A stretch of 64,000 nucleotides of DNA from Reclinomonas americana ATCC 50394 (Eukaryota), in assembly GCA_048213135.1 (NCBI GenBank), contig PS015009.1:744001-808000 (forward strand), given 5' to 3'. The position numbers were made by a program, and so were the translations under genes. This document shows, piece by piece, positions 19,759 through 29,112 of this stretch. The notes beneath the pieces were generated by a model. That model was not told the origin of the DNA and searched no databases. It worked only from the letters and a program-made list of their open reading frames with translations. The stretch's first letter is position 1, and each line of letters opens with the position of its first letter.

Positions 19759-20973
19759 CTATCTTTTGCTGGCGATGAGTAAATTGAGATCCGTATACTT
19801 CAGGTCGAACCTTTCGCTTAAATAGAAATTGGTAAGGCTTCCCTTGAACATATAGATACCGCTTCGGATGTTGATCTTGTACCAGATCACATTGTCTATA
19901 CCGCCGTCCGCGGCAGTTTCCAGCAACAGTGGCATCAGTACATTGCTGATGGCCTGGGAGGCCGTACGGGCAAAGCCGCTGGGAATATTGGGTACGCAGT
20001 AATGGATAACATCGTACTTGGTGAACACCGGTTTTTCATGCGTGGTTACATCGCTGGTCTCAAAACAACCGCCCCTGTCAATGCTCACATCCACGATCAC
20101 ACTGCCCGGCCGCATCTGGCTCACCATTTCTTCGGTAACCACAATGGGTGTTCTGCCACCATCGCCGCTGAGGGCGCCAACGGCCACATCGCAGGTCTTG
20201 AGTTGCTTGGCCAGTATCTTCGGTTCAATAACGCTCGTCCATAAACGCCCGCCGATATTGTTCTGCATCCGCTTTAACCGGTAAATATCATTGTCGAATG
20301 TTTTAACGCTGGCACCCATGGCCAGGGCCGTGCGGGCTGCATACTCCCCAACGATGCCCGCACCAATGATGATTACTTTTGTGGGCGGTATACCGCTGAT
20401 GCCGCCTACCAGTACTCCTTTGCCGTTGTTGGCATTACTGAGGTACTGCCCGGCAATGAGCATTACCGCGCTGCCGGCAATCTCGCTCATACTGCGTACA
20501 ATGGGATTGTGACCCGTATCATCCTTTAAATTCTCGAAACTGAGCGCCGTGATCTTTTTGTCCATCATCTTCTGCAGGATCTCCCGCTTCATAACGGCCA
20601 GGTGTATGGGTGAAATGATGTATTGATTGGGCTTCAGCAGTTCACATTCATCGTCGCTTACCGGCGCGCTTTTCACCAGTATATCGCATTCAAAAACTTC
20701 CTTTTTGCTGTACACCACTTTTGCACCCGCGTCGCTGTAGTTCACATCGCTGTAACTTGATCCTTCACCGGCTTTTGTTTCAATCATCACCCGGTGCCCG
20801 TTGGCCACCAGCACACCCACGGCTTCGGGGGTAAGGGCTACCCGGTTTTCGTTGAAAGAGCTTTCTTTAGGCAGGCCGATGAACATCTGCGCCCCTTTGG
20901 GTTTGATGTCGAGGGTCTCTTCCAGCGTCTCATAGGTGAATGAAGGGGATACAAAAGGTTTCGAAGTTGCCAC
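19759..20973 (-). CDS. ald: Alanine dehydrogenase family protein
   Basis: IGLPKE..NENRVALTP, MSEIAG, IGAGIVG, VDVSIDRGGCFETS, HYCVPNIP. Confidence 0.85.
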   Translation of the reverse strand: MATSKPFVSPSFTYETLEETLDIKPKGAQMFIGLPKESSFNENRVALTPEAVGVLVANGHRVMIETKAGEGSSYSDVNYSDAGAKVVYSKKEVFECDILVKSAPVSDDECELLKPNQYIISPIHLAVMKREILQKMMDKKITALSFENLKDDTGHNPIVRSMSEIAGSAVMLIAGQYLSNANNGKGVLVGGISGIPPTKVIIIGAGIVGEYAARTALAMGASVKTFDNDIYRLKRMQNNIGGRLWTSVIEPKILAKQLKTCDVAVGALSGDGGRTPIVVTEEMVSQMRPGSVIVDVSIDRGGCFETSDVTTHEKPVFTKYDVIHYCVPNIPSGFARTASQAISNVLMPLLLETAADGGIDNVIWYKINIRSGIYMFKGSLTNFYLSERFDLKYTDLNLLIASKR

Positions 20974-21009
20974 AATAGTTGGTTGTAATGGTTAAAATAC
21001 CTGCCTAAT

Positions 21010-21423
21010 TTACAAATTATAATTGAGCTTTCTGGTATTTGTGCCGTCCACATGGAGGTATACATGGAGCGTATCGGCGGGAAAAATGCCCGGTGTTCTT
21101 TCGGGCCATTCCACCAGGCAGGTGGCGCCGGAATAAAGACAGTCTTCCACCCCGGCATTAATGGCTTCCTGGGCATCGCGGATGCGGTAGAGGTCCATAT
21201 GGTAAACGGTGCTGCCATCCGCGGTAGCATATTCGTTGATGATGGAAAAAGTAGGGCTTGAAATGGTATCCTGCACACCCATGGCCTCGCAAAGCGCATG
21301 GATGAACGTTGTTTTGCCGGCGCCCATCTCACCATGAAAAGCAAATACCTTCCTGCCGGCGGTATCTGCCAGGAACTGCGCCGCGGCCTGTTTGATCGTA
21401 TCCAGCGAAAAAATCACATCCAT
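21010..21423 (-). CDS. tsaE: t6A biosynthesis ATPase
   Basis: GEMGAGKTT, SSPTFSIINEY, HMDLYR, VEWPE. Confidence 0.96.
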   Translation of the reverse strand: MDVIFSLDTIKQAAAQFLADTAGRKVFAFHGEMGAGKTTFIHALCEAMGVQDTISSPTFSIINEYATADGSTVYHMDLYRIRDAQEAINAGVEDCLYSGATCLVEWPERTPGIFPADTLHVYLHVDGTNTRKLNYNL

Positions 21424-21485
21424 GATGCAAATATATTTTCCCTGTTTAGTAATCCGGCCCTGAAGGCAAAGAATAATTTTGCAGT

Positions 21486-23609
21486 ATGGAAAAAATTGAA
21501 TGGAAGGTAGAAGGGATGGATTGCACCAATTGTGCGCTCACCATCAGCCGTTATCTTCAGAAAGAGGGGCAAAAAGAAGTGAAAGTGAACTTTATCGGGG
21601 GTGATGTCAGTTTCGAACTGGACAATAACAAAACCAAAGACGAGCTCGCCAAAGGCATCGCCGGGCTGGGTTACAAGGTATTACCCGAAAATGGCGATGA
21701 ACATAACGGACATGACCATCCCCGTACAGGTTTCTTTTCCAATCACCTGCAGCGTTTTCTTTTTTGTCTTCCTTTTACCCTTGTGCTGATGCTGCACATG
21801 CTGCCCTGGCATATCGGCTTCCTGATGAACCCCTGGATACAAATGGCCATTTGCCTGCCGGTATTTATTGTGGGCATGAGCTATTTTGGCGTAAGTGCCT
21901 TTAAAAGCCTTCGTCGCGGTATTCCCAATATGAATGTACTCATCGCGGTGGGTGCCCTGGCGGCATTCGTGTACAGCCTCATCGGTTCGCTCGGACATAT
22001 GGGTATGGATTATATTTTTTATGAGACCACGGCTACCATCATTACACTGGTGTTCCTGGGCGAATGGATAGAACACCGTTCCGTTGAAACCACCCAGCAG
22101 GAACTGAACAAATTGGCCCGTAAACAGAAAGTGATGGCCAATATGATCGCTTTCGACGAAGAACATAAGGAACTCATTTTCCCGGTAGAAAATACCCAAC
22201 TGCGGGTAGGCGATCTCGTACTCATTAAAAGCGGGGAACAGGTGCCGGTGGACTGTAAAATATTATGGGGCGATGCGCACGTGAATGAATCGCTGCTTAC
22301 GGGCGAAAGTAAACCCGTCAGCAAAGGAAAAAAAGACCAGCTCATTGGCGGCAGCCTGCTGACCGATGGCACCGTAAAAGCGCAGGTAACCGCAGTTGGA
22401 AAAGATACCATCCTCAGTAATATCCTCAACCTGGTAAAACAGGCACAGTCGGAAAAACCGCCGGTACAACAACTGGCGGATAAGATCAGCGGTGTTTTTG
22501 TGCCGGTGGTCATTGGTATTTCGGCACTCACTTTCCTGCTTAATTATTTCGCGTTTAACGTGAGCGGAACACAGTCGCTCATGCGCAGTATTGCCGTGCT
22601 GGTGATCAGTTGCCCCTGTGCTATGGGACTGGCTACGCCTGCGGCCATTGCCGTGGGACTGGGCAGGGCGGCACGCAACGGCATTTTATTCCGCAATGCC
22701 AAAAGCCTGGAATTATTCCGGCATATAAAGACGGTGGTGTTCGATAAAACGGGTACCCTCACCATTGGCCAACCCGTTCTTCAGCATATGCAAAGCGATC
22801 TGCCCGAAGCGGAATTCAAACGCGTTCTTTTTTCGCTGGAAAAATTTTCCAATCACCCGGTTGCCAAAGCGGTTGCCGAAGCCTGCAAAACCAATGACCC
22901 TATCTCCTGGAAAAAAATAGAAGAGATCAAAGGCGAGGGCATGCGTGCAGAAGACGCAGAAGGCAATACCTATAGATTGGGCTCTTACACCATTGCCCGG
23001 CAGTTGACGGAAGACCAGTCGCACAGCGCTTACCTCCTCATCAACGAAAAGCTCAGCGGCTGGATCGACGTGGAAGACGCCATACGCCCCGAAGCCAGGG
23101 AAGTGGTGCAATACCTGCACAGTAAAGGGTTGCAGACGGTACTGCTCAGTGGTGATAATACTTTCCGCACACAACAGATCGCCACGCAGTTAGGGATCGA
23201 TACGGTATACGCGGAGAAAAAACCGGAAGAAAAACTGGCCATTATTGAAGAGATCAACCGTACATCACCCGTAGCCATGGTAGGTGATGGCATCAACGAC
23301 GCCCCCGCGCTGGCCAAAGCCAGTATTGGTATTTCCATGGCCGATGCTACACAGCTGGCCATGCAAACAGCACAGGTAGTGCTGATGAACAAAGGCATAC
23401 AGAACCTGCCGCTTTCACTCGGACTGGGTAAGCATACTTTCATTACCATTAAAGAAAATTTGTTCTGGGCCTTTATCTACAACGTGGTGGCCATACCTGT
23501 TGCCGCGGTTGGTTTATTGCATCCTGGTGTGGCCGCGCTGGCTATGGGTTTCAGCGATGTGGTGCTGGCCATCAATTCCATCAGGCTGAATTATAAGAAG
23601 GTGGTGTAA
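21486..23609 (+). CDS. Heavy-metal P1B-type ATPase (probably Cu+)
   Basis: GMDCTNC HMA domain, TGES, CPC, DKTGT, HP, GDGINDAP, YN, MGFS. Confidence 0.93.
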   Translation: MEKIEWKVEGMDCTNCALTISRYLQKEGQKEVKVNFIGGDVSFELDNNKTKDELAKGIAGLGYKVLPENGDEHNGHDHPRTGFFSNHLQRFLFCLPFTLVLMLHMLPWHIGFLMNPWIQMAICLPVFIVGMSYFGVSAFKSLRRGIPNMNVLIAVGALAAFVYSLIGSLGHMGMDYIFYETTATIITLVFLGEWIEHRSVETTQQELNKLARKQKVMANMIAFDEEHKELIFPVENTQLRVGDLVLIKSGEQVPVDCKILWGDAHVNESLLTGESKPVSKGKKDQLIGGSLLTDGTVKAQVTAVGKDTILSNILNLVKQAQSEKPPVQQLADKISGVFVPVVIGISALTFLLNYFAFNVSGTQSLMRSIAVLVISCPCAMGLATPAAIAVGLGRAARNGILFRNAKSLELFRHIKTVVFDKTGTLTIGQPVLQHMQSDLPEAEFKRVLFSLEKFSNHPVAKAVAEACKTNDPISWKKIEEIKGEGMRAEDAEGNTYRLGSYTIARQLTEDQSHSAYLLINEKLSGWIDVEDAIRPEAREVVQYLHSKGLQTVLLSGDNTFRTQQIATQLGIDTVYAEKKPEEKLAIIEEINRTSPVAMVGDGINDAPALAKASIGISMADATQLAMQTAQVVLMNKGIQNLPLSLGLGKHTFITIKENLFWAFIYNVVAIPVAAVGLLHPGVAALAMGFSDVVLAINSIRLNYKKVV

Positions 23610-23735
23610 GATAACAATGGACCACGGACGACGGGTGCCATTTCTTCATTTTCATTCCTTCCTTCTTTCTTTTATCCGGTAAACCCGAACGGGTTCTATT
23701 TGCCAATGCAGTATATTTAAGCCCCGCGACATGAC

Positions 23736-25646
23736 ATGGACAATCATCCATCCGACATATTAAAGACTTACTGGGGTTATGATGCTTTCCGCCCGATGCA
23801 GGAAGAGATTATCAATGCTGTGCTGGAAGGGAAAGATGTACTGGCCCTGCTCCCTACGGGTGGCGGTAAATCAGTCTGCTTCCAGGTGCCCGCCATGGTT
23901 ATGGAAGGTATTTGCCTGGTGGTGAGCCCGCTCATCGCGTTAATGAAAGACCAGGTAGAGCAACTGCGCCGGAGAGACATACCCGCCCTGGCCATTTACA
24001 GCGGTATGAGTTTTACGGAGGTAAGAAATACCCTGCGTGAAGCGATATCGGGAAGATGCAAATTCCTGTATGTGTCGCCCGAAAGATTGGAGACCAACCT
24101 CTTTCTTGAATTCCTGCCCTCGCTGCCGGTGAACCTGCTGGCGGTTGATGAGGCGCATTGTATTTCCCAATGGGGTTATGATTTCAGACCGCCTTATGTA
24201 CGCATAGCCGCCATCCGTGAGCAACTGCCCGGCATACCCGTGCTGGCACTAACGGCGTCGGCTACACGGGAAGTGCAGGACGACATCTGTACTAAACTTC
24301 ATTTCGGCAAACAGCAGGAACGTTTTCAGCAGTCGTTTGAAAGACCCAACCTGTCGTACAGCGTTTTCAACACCCCTTCCAAACCCAATAAGCTGCTGGA
24401 GATATTGAATAATGTGCCGGGCTCGTCGATCGTGTATTGCAAAAGCCGCAAGCTGGCACAGGAAACCGCCAGGCTGCTGGGTATGCATGGCATTAGTGCC
24501 GATCATTACCATGCCGGGCTGAATAACGAGGAACGCAACCGCAAACAGGAAAGCTGGATCAATAACAACACCCGGGTGATCGTTTGCACCAACGCTTTTG
24601 GTATGGGCATCGATAAGCCTGATGTGCGGACAGTTGTTCATTACGATATTCCCGATTGCCTGGAAAACTATTACCAGGAAGCCGGGCGTGCAGGAAGAGA
24701 CGGTAAAAGATCTTATGCCGTATTGCTGTACCAGCCACAGGATATTGACACATTGAAAGAACAATCTGCCGTTCGTTTTCCCGACACCGATACATTGAAA
24801 AAGATCTATACCGCCCTCATGAATCATTTGCAGGTACCGGCTGGCAGTGGCGAAGGACGCAGCATCGATTTTGATATGAGTGCTTTTTGCGAAGCTTTCG
24901 GACTGTCGCCTTTCAGTACCGGCTATGCCATTAAAACACTGGAGCAGGAAGGGCTTTTCAGTTACAATGAAATGTTCTTCAAACCCTCCACCCTGCTGTT
25001 CACCAGCAACCGGCAGGAACTGAATGAACTGGAGCAGCAATTTCCGCAGCTCGATCCGCTGGTAAAAGGATTGTTGCGCAGTTATGAAGGTATTCTTGAT
25101 TATCCTGTTATGATCTTTGAACAACGCCTGGCGGGTTTTGTAAGAAAGGACACCGACTGGGTAAAACAGGGACTGAAAAAACTGCATGAGCTGGGCATTG
25201 TAGTTTATACCCCGCAAAAAGACAGGCCGCAGCTCTACCTTATCCGGAACCGGATGTACGCCGATACTTATACTATTGATGCAGCAGCCTACCTGCAGCG
25301 GAAGCAAAAGTTTGAGGAACGGGTAGCCGCTATGATCGGTTATATAACGGATACGGATAGCTGCCGCAGTGGTCACATTGCCCGTTACTTTACCGGCGAA
25401 CCGGTACCAGCCTGCGGCATATGCGATAATTGCCTGGCCCGGAAAGACAGGCAACCCAACGCTGCTGAATTCAGGGAACTGGCAGAACGTCTGCTCACCA
25501 TCCTGCAACAGCAACCGGCGAATATGGACACCTTACTGCGACTGCTCCGTCCCGTTAGCCGTGAAAAAATATGGAGAACAATAGACTATCTGGTGGCAGA
25601 AAAAAAAGCAGAAGCGGATAAAGAAGGGGTGATCAGGATTTTGTAG
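23736..25646 (+). CDS. recQ: RecQ-family ATP-dependent DNA helicase
   Basis: PTGGGKS, DEAHCISQWGYDFRP, TASA, FGMGIDK, QEAGRAGRDG, CR..CGICDNC. Confidence 0.93.
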   Translation: MDNHPSDILKTYWGYDAFRPMQEEIINAVLEGKDVLALLPTGGGKSVCFQVPAMVMEGICLVVSPLIALMKDQVEQLRRRDIPALAIYSGMSFTEVRNTLREAISGRCKFLYVSPERLETNLFLEFLPSLPVNLLAVDEAHCISQWGYDFRPPYVRIAAIREQLPGIPVLALTASATREVQDDICTKLHFGKQQERFQQSFERPNLSYSVFNTPSKPNKLLEILNNVPGSSIVYCKSRKLAQETARLLGMHGISADHYHAGLNNEERNRKQESWINNNTRVIVCTNAFGMGIDKPDVRTVVHYDIPDCLENYYQEAGRAGRDGKRSYAVLLYQPQDIDTLKEQSAVRFPDTDTLKKIYTALMNHLQVPAGSGEGRSIDFDMSAFCEAFGLSPFSTGYAIKTLEQEGLFSYNEMFFKPSTLLFTSNRQELNELEQQFPQLDPLVKGLLRSYEGILDYPVMIFEQRLAGFVRKDTDWVKQGLKKLHELGIVVYTPQKDRPQLYLIRNRMYADTYTIDAAAYLQRKQKFEERVAAMIGYITDTDSCRSGHIARYFTGEPVPACGICDNCLARKDRQPNAAEFRELAERLLTILQQQPANMDTLLRLLRPVSREKIWRTIDYLVAEKKAEADKEGVIRIL

Positions 25647-25666
25647 GAAATATGACCTGCCGGGCT

Positions 25667-25732
25667 AAAATAAAAAAGGGACCAAGATAGAAATCTAGTC
25701 CCGCTTTAAAATCCAATATCCTATGAAAAACC
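25667..25732 (-). ncRNA. Candidate small RNA (~65 nt)
   Basis: Minus strand TTG-N20-TATCTTCG promoter-like pair, then GGTTTTTCATAGGATATTGGATTTTAAAGC, hairpin GGGACTAGA..TCTTGGTCCC and T-tract; no ORF. Confidence 0.55.
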
Positions 25733-25856
25733 GAAGCGAAGATAATGTGGTTTTTACTATTATGCAACATTTTTATCAACTATTTTGGAGTTTTGGCCGC
25801 TTTGCGTAATTTTTACAACTTTTTAACAAATTGAAAATCAGCTTCTTAATATCTCT

Positions 25857-27413
25857 TTAAAACCAGGAAGAACTTTTCTTCTTACTGCGGCCCCCCAGTC
25901 CTAAAGCGCCTAAAATAGACCTCACAATGGTGTTCCCGGCAGTCCGGGCCATACTTTTTACCACGGTATTATTGGTAATCTTCTCAAAAGTGGAGGGTTC
26001 TTCCTTTCCTTTTTTGGGTTTTTCCTCTTTTTCCGATTCTTCGGCTGTTTTTTCGGCGGCTTCCTGCAGTTTGGCGGTCAGCATTTCATAAGCACTCTGG
26101 CTGTCGATGGCCTGGTTGTACTTGGCCACCAGTTTCGACTTACCGGTAATGGCAGCGATCTCGTCATTGGTCAGCACATCCATACGGCTGCGGGGCGAGC
26201 ACAGCATCGTATGCGCCAATGGTGTGGGAATACCTTTTTCATTGAGCAGGGTGACCAGCGCTTCGCCTATGCCTAACTGTGTGATGAGGTCCTCCGTTTT
26301 ATAAAAAGCAGTCTCGGGATAGTTCTCCGATGTTTGTTTGATCACTTTACGGTCAGCCGCGGTAAAGGCCCTCAGCGCATGCTGCACTTTCAGACCCAAC
26401 TGGGCCAATACGCTGGCGGGCACATCCATGGGGTTTTGTGTACAGAAGAAAATGCCGATGCCTTTGGAACGGATCAGTTTTACAATGGTTTCTATTTGTT
26501 GTAAGAGTGCATCATTCGCTTCCTGGAAAATAAGATGGGCCTCATCAATGAACATCACCAGTTTGGGTTTGTCCATATCCCCTTCTTCCGGGCAGGTGGC
26601 GTACAATTCGGCCAGGAGCTGCAGCATGAACGTGGAAAACAGCTTGGGCCTGTCCTGCAGATCGGTCACCCGCAGGATGTTGACCATACCCCGGCCATCG
26701 TCGCTGATGCGCATAAGGTCATCTACTTCAAAACTCTTCTCGCCAAAAAAGATGTCGGCCCCCTGCTGTTGCAGCTCAATTACTTTACGCAGGATGGTAC
26801 CGGTTGACGAAGTGGATATTTTACCATAGGTCTTTTCCAGTTCCTCTTTGCCTTCGTCGCCGATGTATTGCAGTACTTTGATAAAATCTTTCAGGTCGAG
26901 CAGGGGTAGCTGGCTGTCGTCGCAGTACTTGAAGATCATCGCCACTACGCCGCCCTGGGTATCGTTCAGTCCCAGTATCTTGCTCAGCAGCACTGGTCCG
27001 AACTCACTCACCGTTGCCCGCAGGTGTATGCCCTGCTGCCCGCTGAGGGTCATCAGTTCCGACGGGAAGGCCACCGGCTGATAGGTCATATTCAGTTTCT
27101 GATAGCGGTCCGTTACTTTATCATTCACAGCCCCCATAGCCGCAATACCGCTGAGGTCGCCCTTAATGTCCATCAGCAGCACGGGCACGCTGTTATCGCT
27201 CAGGAATTCGCTGATCATCTGGAGGGTCTTTGTTTTACCGGTACCCGTGGCCCCGGCGATCAAACCGTGGCGGTTCATGGTTTTAAGCGGCAGGTAGATC
27301 TCCGCTTCGGGCACCACTTGTCCATCGAGCATGGCCGCGCCGATTTTTACATGTTCACCCTTAAATGTATAGCCATCTTTAATGGCCTGGAGAAATTCTT
27401 CTTTAGCAGGCAT
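25857..27413 (-). CDS. HerA-like P-loop ATPase (DUF853/YjgR family)
   Basis: NRHGLIAGATGTGKT, DIKGDLSG, FIDEAHL, LIRSKGIG..TQNP, QHALRAFT. Confidence 0.92.
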   Translation of the reverse strand: MPAKEEFLQAIKDGYTFKGEHVKIGAAMLDGQVVPEAEIYLPLKTMNRHGLIAGATGTGKTKTLQMISEFLSDNSVPVLLMDIKGDLSGIAAMGAVNDKVTDRYQKLNMTYQPVAFPSELMTLSGQQGIHLRATVSEFGPVLLSKILGLNDTQGGVVAMIFKYCDDSQLPLLDLKDFIKVLQYIGDEGKEELEKTYGKISTSSTGTILRKVIELQQQGADIFFGEKSFEVDDLMRISDDGRGMVNILRVTDLQDRPKLFSTFMLQLLAELYATCPEEGDMDKPKLVMFIDEAHLIFQEANDALLQQIETIVKLIRSKGIGIFFCTQNPMDVPASVLAQLGLKVQHALRAFTAADRKVIKQTSENYPETAFYKTEDLITQLGIGEALVTLLNEKGIPTPLAHTMLCSPRSRMDVLTNDEIAAITGKSKLVAKYNQAIDSQSAYEMLTAKLQEAAEKTAEESEKEEKPKKGKEEPSTFEKITNNTVVKSMARTAGNTIVRSILGALGLGGRSKKKSSSWF

Positions 27414-27430
27414 GGTAGTGATTTTATAGC

Positions 27431-27565
27431 GGGAAAATTACGAATTACTAATTACGAATTGGTAATTTAATAGTTAATGAGACATCCCGGCAGCGGCAGG
27501 CATAATACCAACCCGTATTTCCAGGTCGTAATCCGTAATTGGTCATTCGTAATTCGTAATTCCCG
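27431..27565. repeat. Inverted heptamer-repeat arms (AATTACG)n ... (CGTAATT)n
   Basis: GGGAAAATTACGAATTACTAATTACGAATT ... CGTAATTGGTCATTCGTAATTCGTAATTCCC. Confidence 0.75.
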
Positions 27566-27762
27566 TCCTTCTCCCGCTGGGCCACGTTTTTCCCCTTTCA
27601 TCAATAACCTGTTAATAGTTTTTGATGCTATCGCAAACTGGCTATTTTTGCGCCTGTATCTTACATGTATAGACCATGAAATGAGCTGTTCGCAGCCGGC
27701 CGGGACACCAACCGGGCGATAACAGTACATTCCATCCGGCCAAAACAAAAAAATCTAACAGA

Positions 27763-29073
27763 ATGAAAAAAGGAATTCTCTACCTGTCCCTCCTGGCAAC
27801 AGGTTTATCTGCCACTGCGCAGAAAGTGGCTTTTACCGAGTACAACCTGAAGAACGGGTTGCATGTGGTATTGCACCAGGACAAATCGGCGCCGGTGGTG
27901 GCCGTATCGGTAATGTACCATGTGGGCAGCAAGGATGAGCAGCCCAACCGTACTGGTTTCGCCCACTTCTTTGAGCACCTGCTTTTTGAAGGCAGCGACA
28001 ACATCAAACGCGGTGAGTTCATGAAGATCGTAAGCGCCAACGGCGGGCAGAACAATGCCAACACGTCGCAGGATCGTACTTTCTATTATGAAGTATTCCC
28101 TTCTAACCAGCTGGCCACGGGCCTTTGGCTGGAAAGCGAACGCATGATGCACCCCGTGATCAACGAGATTGGTGTGAAAACACAGAATGAAGTGGTGAAG
28201 GAAGAGAAAAGGCTGCGGGTAGACAACCAGCCCTACGGCAACTTCCTGAGCGAGATCATGAAAAGGCTTTTTGTGAAACACCCGTACCGCTGGGTACCCA
28301 TCGGCAGCATGGCCGACCTGGACGCCGCAACACTGCAGGAGTTCCAGGCCTTCAACAAAAAATTCTATACCCCGCAGAACGCTGTACTGGTTATTGCAGG
28401 TGACATCGATATTGCCAACACTAAAAAACTGGTAGAAAGTTATTTCGCCGACATCCCCGCCGGTACCCCGGTAGTGAAAACCAAGTTTGTGGAGGACCCT
28501 ATCACCAAACCGATCATCGATACCGCTTACGATAACAACATCCAGATACCGGCCATCATGACGGCCTACCGCATCCCCGGTATGACCAGCAGGGAATCGG
28601 TTGTACTGGAAATGGCTTCGGCCGTACTGAGCCAGGGCGCCAGCAGCCGCATGTATAAGAAAATGGTGGATGACAAAAAGAACGCTCTCCAGGTAGGTAC
28701 CTTCAATTTCTCCCTGGAAGATTATGGCGCTTATATCGCTTATGCCCTGCCCAATTCAGAAACGCCGCTGGATACCCTGCTGAAAGATATGGATGAAGAA
28801 GTGCTGAAACTGCAGACACAGCTCATCAGCGAACAGGAATTCCAGAAACTGCAGAACCAGTTTGAGAATGATTTCCTCGACAAGAACACCCGTATGCTGG
28901 GCGTGGCCGAGAACCTGGCCGGAGGCTATACTTTCCATAACAAGAATACCAATAAGATCAATACGGAACTGGACGAGATCAGGAAAGTGACCCGCCAGGA
29001 CATCCAGAACGCGGCCAGGAAATACCTGAACCCCAAACAAAGGGTGATACTGTATTACCTGCCTAAAAAATAA
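27763..29073 (+). CDS. M16 zinc peptidase, catalytic subunit
   Basis: Signal peptide, HFFEH (HxxEH), NANTSQDRT, EEKRLR. Confidence 0.93.
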   Translation: MKKGILYLSLLATGLSATAQKVAFTEYNLKNGLHVVLHQDKSAPVVAVSVMYHVGSKDEQPNRTGFAHFFEHLLFEGSDNIKRGEFMKIVSANGGQNNANTSQDRTFYYEVFPSNQLATGLWLESERMMHPVINEIGVKTQNEVVKEEKRLRVDNQPYGNFLSEIMKRLFVKHPYRWVPIGSMADLDAATLQEFQAFNKKFYTPQNAVLVIAGDIDIANTKKLVESYFADIPAGTPVVKTKFVEDPITKPIIDTAYDNNIQIPAIMTAYRIPGMTSRESVVLEMASAVLSQGASSRMYKKMVDDKKNALQVGTFNFSLEDYGAYIAYALPNSETPLDTLLKDMDEEVLKLQTQLISEQEFQKLQNQFENDFLDKNTRMLGVAENLAGGYTFHNKNTNKINTELDEIRKVTRQDIQNAARKYLNPKQRVILYYLPKK

Positions 29074-29112
29074 CCCTTTCGATCACATCATTCAAGTTCT
29101 AAAAACACGACA

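Noticed and set aside
24249..25514. 421-aa antisense ORF
   Set aside because: Antisense to recQ; attributable to codon bias.
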